Assembly (NCBI GenBank): GCA_018065695.1
Contig: JAGHST010000015.1
Location: 8,778 to 72,777, forward strand
Direction: 5' to 3'
Length of the DNA stretch: 64,000 nt
Source: Candidatus Cacconaster caballi
Lineage (GTDB): Bacteria; Bacteroidota; Bacteroidia; Bacteroidales; UBA932
A program made the position numbers and the translations under genes. Below are positions 27,312-36,965 of the stretch, one piece after another; position 1 is the stretch's first letter; each line of letters opens with the position of its first letter. Under the pieces are notes generated by a model. The model made no database searches. It had not been told where the DNA came from and saw only the letters and a list, made by a program, of their open reading frames with translations.

Positions 27312-29372
27312 ATGAAGAAAAATAAAGATATCAACAGACGTTCAAGCCGCCATGCATCGGCAAATCACAGAACTTTGAAGGAAATCCGCGGAGTGAAGGT
27401 CAAGGGGGAGAGAAGGAGCAGGAGCGTTGCAGAGGCTGAGGGTGTGATGAGCATGTCACGCGACGGCTTCGGATTCGTCAAGGCGGAAGGTTACGAAGAA
27501 GACATCTATATACCCTGGAGACAAATGCACGGCGCCCTGAACGGAGACCGCGTGAAGGTGGCTGTCAGCAATAAGAAAATCCGCTCGAAGAGCCACAGCA
27601 CTGAAGGTCGGGTTGTGGCGGTGCTGGAGAGAAGCACGCGTCCGCACATCGGCACACTTGTGGTGCGCGGCAACAGAATATGGGCCATCGTGGAGAGCAA
27701 GACAATGCCGTACGACATACGCATCGACGTTGCATCTCCCCAAGAGCTTCCGCAGATGGGAGGCATTCAGGCGGCACACGGGCTGAAGGTGGCGGTGCTC
27801 GTCACGGACTGGCCGAAAAATGCTCCCGAGCCGCTCGGCAGAATTGTCGATGTTCTCGGCAAGCCCGGTGACAATGACACCGAAATGCACGCCATCCTTG
27901 CCGAATACCAGCTGCCTTACAGGTTTGAACCGCCCGTAGAGGAAGCTGCGAACGCGATTCCCGACACCATAACCGCAAAGGAGATGGAAGGCAGACGAGA
28001 CTTCCGCAAGGTCACCACTTTCACCATAGACCCGGCGGACGCAAAGGACTTCGACGATGCCCTGTCCTACAGGAAACTTGAAAACGGCAACTTTGAAATA
28101 GGAGTCCATATTGCAGACGTGACGCACTACGTGAAGCCGGATTCCATAATCGACCGTGAGGCTTTCTCGCGCGGCACTTCCGTCTATCTTGCAGACCGCA
28201 CCGTGCCGATGCTGCCGGAGCAGCTTTCCAACAAGCTCTGCTCGCTCAGGCCCCACGAAGACAAACTCTGCTACAGTGCAGTTTTTGAACTCTCGGACAA
28301 GGCCCGTGTGAAGTCCGAGTGGTTCGGCCGCACCATCATCAATTCCGACTACAGATTCGATTACGAACAGGCTCAGGATATAATTGAAAATCAGAAAGGA
28401 CCTCTGTGCAACGAGATTCTCGACATATATTCTCTCTCTCAGATTCTGCGCAAGGAGAGGTTCGAGAGCGGAGCGATTTCATTTGAAAGGCCGGAGATGA
28501 AAATAGTCTGCGGGGCCGACGGCAAGCCCGTTGACGTGATACGCAAGGAATCCAAAGAAAGCAACTGGCTAATAGAGGAGTTCATGCTTCTGGCCAATCG
28601 TCGTGTGGCCGAATTCGTGGCCCTCAAATGCAAGGCTAAAGATCCTGCCTTCGTCTATAGAATCCACGAAGACCCCAATCCGGAGAAATTGGATGCCCTG
28701 CGCAGTTTCGCCAAAAACTTCGGCAGGAAACTCGGCGATACAGCCGACCCGAAGCACGCCGCCGGCAGCCTCAACGCCCTTATGAAAGAGGCGAAGGGCT
28801 CTCCGGAAGAGAACGCCCTGCAGATGTTGGCGCTGCGCTCGATGGCCCGCGCCCGCTACAGCACGGACAACATCGGCCACTATGGCCTTGCCTTCACCCG
28901 CTACTGCCATTTCACCTCACCTATCCGCCGGTATCCCGATATGATGGTCCACCGTCTGCTGGACATCTATTCCCAAGGAGGCAAGTCACAGGACAGGCTT
29001 CTCTATGAAGACCTTTCGAAACATTGCTCCGAACGGGAGCAGATTGCCACCGAGGCGGAAAGAGCCAGCATAAAGTACAAGACAGTGGAGTTTATGCAGG
29101 ACAAAATCGGAAAGGAGTTCGACGGCTATATCAGCGGTCTGACACAGTGGGGACTCTATGTGGAGGTGGAACCGACCCGCATTGAAGGGATGGTGGCGCT
29201 GCGCGAAATCACTGAAGATTATTTTCTTTTCGATGAGGAGAAATATGAAACCAGAGGCAAGACCACAGGCATCGTCTTCCACCTCGGAGACAAGGTACGC
29301 GTACGCGTCCTGCGCGCCAGCCTCGAACAGAAGATATTGGATTACCAACTGATTCTATCCGACAATGCCTGA
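27312..29372 (+). CDS. rnr: ribonuclease R
   Basis: Basic N-terminus, cold-shock/OB region, RNB domain (FTIDPADAKDFDDAL) and C-terminal S1 domain. ATG 27312 chosen. Confidence 0.92.
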   Translation: MKKNKDINRRSSRHASANHRTLKEIRGVKVKGERRSRSVAEAEGVMSMSRDGFGFVKAEGYEEDIYIPWRQMHGALNGDRVKVAVSNKKIRSKSHSTEGRVVAVLERSTRPHIGTLVVRGNRIWAIVESKTMPYDIRIDVASPQELPQMGGIQAAHGLKVAVLVTDWPKNAPEPLGRIVDVLGKPGDNDTEMHAILAEYQLPYRFEPPVEEAANAIPDTITAKEMEGRRDFRKVTTFTIDPADAKDFDDALSYRKLENGNFEIGVHIADVTHYVKPDSIIDREAFSRGTSVYLADRTVPMLPEQLSNKLCSLRPHEDKLCYSAVFELSDKARVKSEWFGRTIINSDYRFDYEQAQDIIENQKGPLCNEILDIYSLSQILRKERFESGAISFERPEMKIVCGADGKPVDVIRKESKESNWLIEEFMLLANRRVAEFVALKCKAKDPAFVYRIHEDPNPEKLDALRSFAKNFGRKLGDTADPKHAAGSLNALMKEAKGSPEENALQMLALRSMARARYSTDNIGHYGLAFTRYCHFTSPIRRYPDMMVHRLLDIYSQGGKSQDRLLYEDLSKHCSEREQIATEAERASIKYKTVEFMQDKIGKEFDGYISGLTQWGLYVEVEPTRIEGMVALREITEDYFLFDEEKYETRGKTTGIVFHLGDKVRVRVLRASLEQKILDYQLILSDNA

Positions 29373-30828
29373 TTCAAGATTCAATGTAAAGTATTGCGTA
29401 TTACTGCCGATAGTGCTTGCAGTCACCATATTCCTATGGTGCTGCCCGCCATCTTTCTTCGGCAGTCTCGGCGATGTCCTGACGGTCACACAACAGCGTA
29501 CGATAGCCATCTTTGCATTTGCGGCCCTGATGTGGATTTTCGAAATCGTTCCCAACTGGGTGACATCGCTGATGGTCATTGTGATTTCTCTTCTCACGAT
29601 TTCCGACAAGAGCGTCTGGTTCTGTCTCAATCCTCAGGATGGAAGCGTGTTCATCCCGATGAAAGAACTGATGAGGGCATTTGCCGATCCTGTGGTGATG
29701 CTCTTTATGGGCGGATTCATGGTAGCCATCGTTGCAACCAAATACGGCATTGACGTGACTATGGCCAGGATTCTCCTTAAGCCTTTCGGACGGAATCCGA
29801 AAATGGTATTGCTCGGTGTGCTCATAGTCACATCCTCCTTTTCGATGTTTATGAGTGACACTGCCACTGCGGCAATCTTCCTGACCTTTCTCGCTCCCGT
29901 GTTCGCCTCCCTTCCCGATACCGACAGAAAAGGAAAGACGGGCCTTGTCCTTGCGATTCCGCTGGCTTCCAATCTGGGAGGCATAGGTACGCCCATCGGC
30001 ACTCCTCCGAACGCAACCGCTGTGGGGAATCTGGACTCATTTGCCGGCATCACCATCGGTTTCGGCGAGTGGGCGATGAGAATGATTCCGTTCGTAGCGG
30101 TGATGATTCTTTTCGCCTGGATGCTGCTGATGTGGTTCTTCCCATTCCAATCCAAGGAAATCGTCTTGAAAATCAAGAAGGACACCCACCGCAGAACATA
30201 TAAGGACTACATTGCCTGGATAACGATTCCTGCGACTATTCTCCTATGGATGACCGGGCAGATTCACGGTATAAGTTCCAACATAATTGCGCTGATTCCT
30301 CTGGTGGTCTTTACCGCTACCGGTGTGGCTGACAAGAATGATATACGGAACATCAACTGGGAGGTTCTATGGCTTGTGGCGGGAGGTTTCGCTCTCGGAT
30401 ACGCCCTTGATGGTACCGGGCTTGCCAAGGCGCTCGTGGATTCAATCAACTTCTCGGCTATGAACATCATCATAATGTTCCTGGTTGCGGGGCTCATCTG
30501 TTACCTGCTCAGCAACTTCATAAGCAATTCAGCCACCGCTGCGCTCCTCATACCGATAATGATTACTATGGGAAAGGGCGTCCTCTCAAGCGGAAACGCC
30601 GCATTGTTCAACTCTTTGGGAGGTCAGGCGGGCCTTTCCGTATTCATTGCCCTGTGTGCCTCCATAGCGATGTGCCTTCCCATCTCCACGCCTTCCAATG
30701 CAATTGCCACATCCACCGGACTGGTGAACACCAGGGAAATGGCGAAAATCGGCATCATCATCGGCATCACCGCCTTCACCCTCGGCTTCTTCTGGATTAC
30801 CTGCCTGTTCCCGTTTCCTGCAGCATAG
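29365..30828 (+). CDS. DASS/SLC13-family anion:sodium symporter
   Basis: 487 aa, polytopic, with repeated SNxxGGxGTPIGTPPN / STPSNA hairpin motifs typical of DASS carriers. Overlaps the rnr stop by 8 nt. Confidence 0.8.
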   Translation: MPDSRFNVKYCVLLPIVLAVTIFLWCCPPSFFGSLGDVLTVTQQRTIAIFAFAALMWIFEIVPNWVTSLMVIVISLLTISDKSVWFCLNPQDGSVFIPMKELMRAFADPVVMLFMGGFMVAIVATKYGIDVTMARILLKPFGRNPKMVLLGVLIVTSSFSMFMSDTATAAIFLTFLAPVFASLPDTDRKGKTGLVLAIPLASNLGGIGTPIGTPPNATAVGNLDSFAGITIGFGEWAMRMIPFVAVMILFAWMLLMWFFPFQSKEIVLKIKKDTHRRTYKDYIAWITIPATILLWMTGQIHGISSNIIALIPLVVFTATGVADKNDIRNINWEVLWLVAGGFALGYALDGTGLAKALVDSINFSAMNIIIMFLVAGLICYLLSNFISNSATAALLIPIMITMGKGVLSSGNAALFNSLGGQAGLSVFIALCASIAMCLPISTPSNAIATSTGLVNTREMAKIGIIIGITAFTLGFFWITCLFPFPAA

Positions 30829-30896
30829 CCGGCCTCCCCATAACGAGAGACCGGCTTCCGCAAAAACCCATATATGAAAAAAACAACTTAATCTAC

Positions 30897-30923
30897 ATAT
30901 ACATCAAGTACATTGATGTATAT
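30897..30923. repeat. perfect 11-bp inverted repeat with 5-nt spacer
   Basis: ATATACATCAA-gtaca-TTGATGTATAT, read directly from the sequence. Confidence 0.9.
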
Positions 30924-30936
30924 AAGGTAATTCTTG

Positions 30937-30980
30937 GACTCCAGTTGGAGTCTATGATGATTTTTCTATTGTTTCTGCGG
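30937..30980 (+). terminator. possible weak terminator after the DASS gene
   Basis: GACTCCA-gt-TGGAGTC inverted repeat (30937-30952), followed 8 nt later by a T-rich run TTTTTCTATTGTTTC. Confidence 0.3.
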
Positions 30981-31344
30981 AAAGGTTTGTACCGCGCGCG
31001 AGAAGTAGATACAGAAAATAATTTTAGTTAATAATAATTTCCCGAAGTAGACATCGGTGATTTTGATTGAAAAAAATCACTATATTCGCACCATAGTTCA
31101 TTTTCAGCGCTGGATTTCCCGGAGGCGAATTGTTTCGTACCCGGCTGTGGGGGAACCCTAATTTGCCGAACACTTCAGTAGCGATGGAGTCATGGCTGAA
31201 CCGTCAGACCGCAACGACGCGAGGTCTTTCGGCCGGGAAATCAGGACGCGGTCCGGCGTTTGAGGTGATTGATGGATGGGTGAATAGCAGCGGAGCCGGG
31301 GCCTTGCGGCTGCCGGGAAGTTTAACTTATCAATCACTCAAACT

Positions 31345-32313
31345 ATGGCGCGCAAGTACCGCAATTTCGTCTATGACGAGAACCAACGATTCATTTACCC
31401 CACATCGGACTGGGGCTTCAAGTATCTTCTGGGCAGCGAGGAAAACAAGGATATCCTGCTGGAGCTGCTGAACAGGCTATTTCCCGACTATCACATCGAG
31501 AGCCTGGAATTTCTGCCACGCGACATCACCATCCCCGTGGGCAAGATGCGTGATGCCAGTTTCGACGTCCACTGCCGGCTGAAGGACGGGAGCCGTATGG
31601 TCATAGAGATGCAGAACTATGTGAAGAGTTCTTTCTTCGACCGCTCGACCATCTATACGGCGGCAGCGGTTCTGGACCACTATGTGAACTCCCGGACGAA
31701 GGGATATTCGATAGGAAAGACCATCTTTCTGGCTTTCGCTGGGGACCCTCTTTTCAAAACAGTCGCCAGGACGCCGGTGAGGCTGGCGATGTGTGACATT
31801 GACGAGGCGGAGACCACGCAAAGAAGCGACAAGGTGTTGCAAATCTTCATAGAGTTGCCTAAATTTGCGGGGAGTCTGCAAGAAATCAACGAGGATACCC
31901 CTTTTCTGGAAAAGCTGTCATATGTCCTGATGGAAATGGCTGACTGTGAAGATATTCCGGAAAACCTCAACGATCCGTTGCTGGAGCGTTTGTTTAAAGC
32001 CGCAGACACCGCAAAAATGAAACGGGACACCAAGGAAAGCTACATGAAATCCATTATCGGGGAGGCCGAATACGAAGCCAATCTGGAGGACTGGAAGGCC
32101 GAAGGGCTTGAAGAAGGCCGCAAGGAAGGTCGCGCAGAAGGTCGCGCAGAAGGCCGTGTAGAAGGCCGTGCCGAGGGCCGTGCAGAAGGTCGCGCTGAAG
32201 GTCGCGCTGAAGGTCAGCGCGAAGTGGCAAGGAAGATGAAGGCGGAAGGGCTTGATTCGGCACTGATATCCAGCTGCACAGGACTGACAACCGAAGAAAT
32301 CGAACTGCTCTAA
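31345..32313 (+). CDS. Rpn-family recombination-promoting nuclease / PD-(D/E)XK 'putative transposase'
   Basis: Family-typical N-terminus (YPTSDWGFKYLLG...NKDILLELLN), PD-(D/E)XK core (DASFDVHC...VIEMQNY) and C-terminal EGRx repeat tract. Confidence 0.8.
   Translation: MARKYRNFVYDENQRFIYPTSDWGFKYLLGSEENKDILLELLNRLFPDYHIESLEFLPRDITIPVGKMRDASFDVHCRLKDGSRMVIEMQNYVKSSFFDRSTIYTAAAVLDHYVNSRTKGYSIGKTIFLAFAGDPLFKTVARTPVRLAMCDIDEAETTQRSDKVLQIFIELPKFAGSLQEINEDTPFLEKLSYVLMEMADCEDIPENLNDPLLERLFKAADTAKMKRDTKESYMKSIIGEAEYEANLEDWKAEGLEEGRKEGRAEGRAEGRVEGRAEGRAEGRAEGRAEGQREVARKMKAEGLDSALISSCTGLTTEEIELL
32113..32220 (+). repeat. 9 tandem 12-nt coding repeats (GAAGGYCGYGCN; peptide EGR[KAV])
   Basis: In-frame units gaaggccgcaag / gaaggtcgcgca x2 / gaaggccgtgta / gaaggccgtgcc / gagggccgtgca / gaaggtcgcgct x2 / gaaggtcagcgc. 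Confidence 0.95.
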
Positions 32314-32446
32314 CCGCACCGAAGTGTGTGATGTGTCCATCTCTCACTATGACACTCCATACGACGGAACCTGGATAATTCAATGAAAACCGTTCGAAGG
32401 TTACGGCACTTTCCGTTAAAAAGACCGTTCGGCTTATTGAGAAATT

Positions 32447-32476
32447 GCGCGGCCACGAGTGAATTCGTGGTCGCGC
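32447..32476. terminator. bidirectional hairpin between the convergent rpn-family gene and groEL
   Basis: 12-bp stem GCGCGGCCACGA / TCGTGGTCGCGC (one G-T pair) with loop GTGAAT. Flanking T/A tracts are modest. Confidence 0.55.
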
Positions 32477-32510
32477 AACTTCCAGATTAATAACTCAGGC
32501 GAAAAGCATA

Positions 32511-34429
<1,919 letters not shown>

Positions 34430-34512
34430 AATTTTTATGTTTTACGTTGTTTTGTTATTTTTGTGCATGCGACCGCTCTGAAGGCCGTTCGACAATGGAA
34501 TAGACAAAATAA

Positions 34513-35340
34513 ATGCCAATGCACAAAATTATGACAAAATGTCACCTTATTTTACTGATGACCGTAGCGGTGACAGCGGCTTCATGCGGCGGACACAGGG
34601 GACCTTCCCTCTCCGAATATGGCAGTCAGAACAGCGAATATCGTGCTATGATGTTCGAGAAATATGCCCTTCAACTGCTTTCTGAAAGCCCTGAAAGAGC
34701 ATTGGCAAGGCAGGACAGCACCATGCGGTCCGTATCGCAGGACAGTGCGGCCTTTTTCCAAATGGTCGAACTCCAGGATCACTTCTTTAAAGACCCGAAT
34801 TCTCCCTATCGGTGTGAAGATTTCTGCCTGCCCGTCCTTTTCGCCATAGTTGAATCTCCATTTACCCCGGACAGTGCCAGATTTGCCGCAAAGGCTGACA
34901 TTGCCCACTTCAGCCTCAACCGCATCGGCACAACAGCGACAGACTTCAGTTTCACTCTGAAGGGAGGCCGCACGCGCACACTCCACTCAGTGAAGGCCGA
35001 GCGGACGTTGCTCTTCTTCAGCAACCCCGGCTGCACCCTCTGCCGGCAGATAACCGAGGAACTCTCATCTATCCCCGGGATGGAGAAAATGGTTGAAGAG
35101 GGCTATCTCTCCATTGTCAACATATACCCCGACGACGATGTGGAAGCCTGGTACGGATATCTCGCCGAATATCCACCCTATTGGATAAGCGGCTATGCAC
35201 CGGAGGTTGACGGGCCGCAGGGTCCCTATTTTCTGCGCGCCATCCCGACCCTCTATCTTCTCGATCGAGACAAGAGAGTACTGCTCAAAGATGCCCCTCT
35301 CGAAAGAATTCTGGCGGAATTGAATATTTTTGCAGAATGA
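34513..35340 (+). CDS. thioredoxin-fold lipoprotein (TlpA/ResA-like, N-terminal helical domain)
   Basis: Lipobox LMTVAVTAASCGG and thioredoxin-fold CxxC (FFSNPGCTLCRQ). The exact start is uncertain (34513/34519/34531). Confidence 0.7.
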   Translation: MPMHKIMTKCHLILLMTVAVTAASCGGHRGPSLSEYGSQNSEYRAMMFEKYALQLLSESPERALARQDSTMRSVSQDSAAFFQMVELQDHFFKDPNSPYRCEDFCLPVLFAIVESPFTPDSARFAAKADIAHFSLNRIGTTATDFSFTLKGGRTRTLHSVKAERTLLFFSNPGCTLCRQITEELSSIPGMEKMVEEGYLSIVNIYPDDDVEAWYGYLAEYPPYWISGYAPEVDGPQGPYFLRAIPTLYLLDRDKRVLLKDAPLERILAELNIFAE

Positions 35341-36050
35341 AAGGACCAGATGCAAAAAAAATAGAGGCTCTCTTCGACTCCATAGCCCCGGACTACGACA
35401 GACTGAACCATCTGCTCTCGCTCGGAGTGGACCTCTCCTGGCGGCGCAGAGCCCTCAAACATATTGTAGAAGCCGACAGGCCTCAGCAGATACTCGACAT
35501 AGCCTGCGGCACCGGCGACTTCAGCATCGCCATCTGCAGGAAAGCCAACCCCTCCACGACCGTCACCGGCCTCGACCTCTCGGAAGGAATGCTAAAGGTG
35601 ATGGAGGAAAAAGTGGCCAAGGCGGGGCTAAAGGGCCGCATCAGCGCCGAGCAGGGCAACAGCGAACAGATGCGCTGGTCCGACGGCTCGTTTGACAGAG
35701 CCACAATCGCCTTCGGCATACGCAATTTCGAAAACCGCGAAGCGGCCCTGCGGGAGATCTTCAGAGTGCTCCGTCCGGGCGGCCGCCTTGTCATACTCGA
35801 ACTGTCGGTACCGTCAAACCCCATCGTCCGCCGGCTCTACAACCTCTATTTCACACGGCTGCTGCCTGCAATCGGCGGCCGCATTTCCGGCGAAAAAGTC
35901 GCATACAACTACCTTCCCGCCTCCGTCCTGAAATTTCCGGGGAAGGAGGAGTGGATGGCCACGATGCGCAGCTGCGGCTTCGACCCCGTCCGGCACAAGT
36001 CTTTCACACTCGGCATCTGCCGGGAATATATAGGAGAAAAACCAAGATGA
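35337..36050 (+). CDS. ubiE: demethylmenaquinone methyltransferase (UbiE/MenG)
   Basis: FDSIAPDYDRLNHLLSLG and SAM motif ILDIACGTGD. ATGA coupling on both sides. Confidence 0.9.
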   Translation: MKGPDAKKIEALFDSIAPDYDRLNHLLSLGVDLSWRRRALKHIVEADRPQQILDIACGTGDFSIAICRKANPSTTVTGLDLSEGMLKVMEEKVAKAGLKGRISAEQGNSEQMRWSDGSFDRATIAFGIRNFENREAALREIFRVLRPGGRLVILELSVPSNPIVRRLYNLYFTRLLPAIGGRISGEKVAYNYLPASVLKFPGKEEWMATMRSCGFDPVRHKSFTLGICREYIGEKPR

Positions 36051-36928
36051 CCCTCAAATCCTGTCTGAAGTCGATGCGCCTGCGCACACTTCCCCTTTCC
36101 CTTTCCGGCACAGTTGTCGGCATAGCGATGGCCTCCGCCACCTGCACCCCCGAAGCTGGAACCGTCATAACGCTGGTAGCAACCACCATCCTCCTCCAGA
36201 TACTCTCAAACCTCTCCAATGAACTGGGCGACACCCTCCATGGTACCGACACCGCCGACAGGCAGGGCATCCGCTACTCCATTATGGACGGTGAGATGAC
36301 GGTGGCGCAGATGAAACGGCTGATAACGGCAGTGGCCATCTCCTGCTGCATCAGCGGCACTGCTATGATACTCTTCAGCTTCAGGACACTGCTGGCGACG
36401 GAACCGCTTCTTTTCATTCTCCTCGGCGCCGCTGCCATTTGGGCCGCAATGCACTACACCCTCGGCAAAAATCCATACGGCTACAGAGGCCTCGGCGACA
36501 TCTTCGTATTCATATTTTTCGGTCTGGTATCGACTCTCGGAGCATCCTACATCTGCAGTCACACTCTTTCTCCGCTATGGTCTCTGCCTGCCTGCGGAAT
36601 CGGCTTCTTCAGCGTGGGAGTGCTGAATGTAAACAATATCAGGGATATGAAAACCGACGCCGCCACCCGCACCACAATGGCGCTGAGGTTGGGAGCCCAC
36701 CGCGCCCGCATCTACCATACGGTTCTCATCGCTTCAGGCTGGGCTGCAATGCTCTCCTACTCGGCCCTCACCGCCACCTCCCTATGCGACTGGCTTTATG
36801 CAGCGACACTGCCGCTCTTTGTTCTCCACCTGCGCGGAGTATGGACTCGCTCCGACCGCAGCCTCGACCCGATGCTGCCGTTGCTTGTTATGAGCACCTT
36901 CGCTCTTGCACTTCTTTTTCTGATTTGA
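36047..36928 (+). CDS. menA: 1,4-dihydroxy-2-naphthoate polyprenyltransferase
   Basis: UbiA-fold polytopic protein with Asp-rich motifs NLSNELGD and NNIRDMKTD. ATG 36047 overlaps the ubiE stop. Confidence 0.88.
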   Translation: MTLKSCLKSMRLRTLPLSLSGTVVGIAMASATCTPEAGTVITLVATTILLQILSNLSNELGDTLHGTDTADRQGIRYSIMDGEMTVAQMKRLITAVAISCCISGTAMILFSFRTLLATEPLLFILLGAAAIWAAMHYTLGKNPYGYRGLGDIFVFIFFGLVSTLGASYICSHTLSPLWSLPACGIGFFSVGVLNVNNIRDMKTDAATRTTMALRLGAHRARIYHTVLIASGWAAMLSYSALTATSLCDWLYAATLPLFVLHLRGVWTRSDRSLDPMLPLLVMSTFALALLFLI

Positions 36929-36935
36929 AATCGGC

Positions 36936-36951
36936 AGGAGGGCGGCCTCCT
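36936..36951. terminator. small hairpin between convergent menA and ispE
   Basis: AGGAGG-gcgg-CCTCCT. No clear U-tract on either strand. Confidence 0.3.
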
Positions 36952-36965
36952 AAAAGCCTGAAAGC

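Noticed and set aside
30954-31031. 25-codon sORF (MMIFLLFLRKGLYRAREVDTENNFS) as a possible small toxin or membrane peptide
   Set aside because: The hydrophobic stretch is too short for a TM helix. There is no promoter box or conservation evidence, so it is indistinguishable from chance in AT-rich DNA.
31090-31344. GC-rich leader as a known RNA (tmRNA, RNase P RNA, SRP/4.5S, 6S, or a cobalamin/TPP/SAM/FMN riboswitch)
   Set aside because: None of the conserved cores was seen. This includes the RNase P GAGGAAAGUCC, the SRP GGAAGCAGCC-type domain IV, the tmRNA acceptor/T-arm ends, the B12 box and the TPP CUGAGA/ACCUGA. It is kept only as an unclassified candidate structure.
31130-31471. 113-aa ORF spanning the GC-rich leader and the 5' end of the Rpn-family gene
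   Set aside because: It has a non-ATG start and is out of frame with the rpn gene. Its composition is Gly/Ser/Arg/Ala-rich with no motifs. It is explained by the GC-rich non-coding sequence.
32113-32220. Tandem 12-nt repeats as a CRISPR-like or non-coding array
   Set aside because: The units are contiguous with no spacers, in frame, and encode the EGRx peptide repeat of the Rpn-family protein.
30829-32510. Rpn-family gene as a bounded IS/transposon
   Set aside because: I could not find terminal inverted repeats or a target-site duplication flanking the gene. Rpn-family 'transposases' are not known to form classical IS elements, so no mobile_element is called.
34430-34512. CIRCE (HrcA) operator upstream of groES
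   Set aside because: There is no TTAGCACTC-N9-GAGTGCTAA-like inverted repeat in the 83-nt upstream region. Only AT-rich promoter-like sequence is present.
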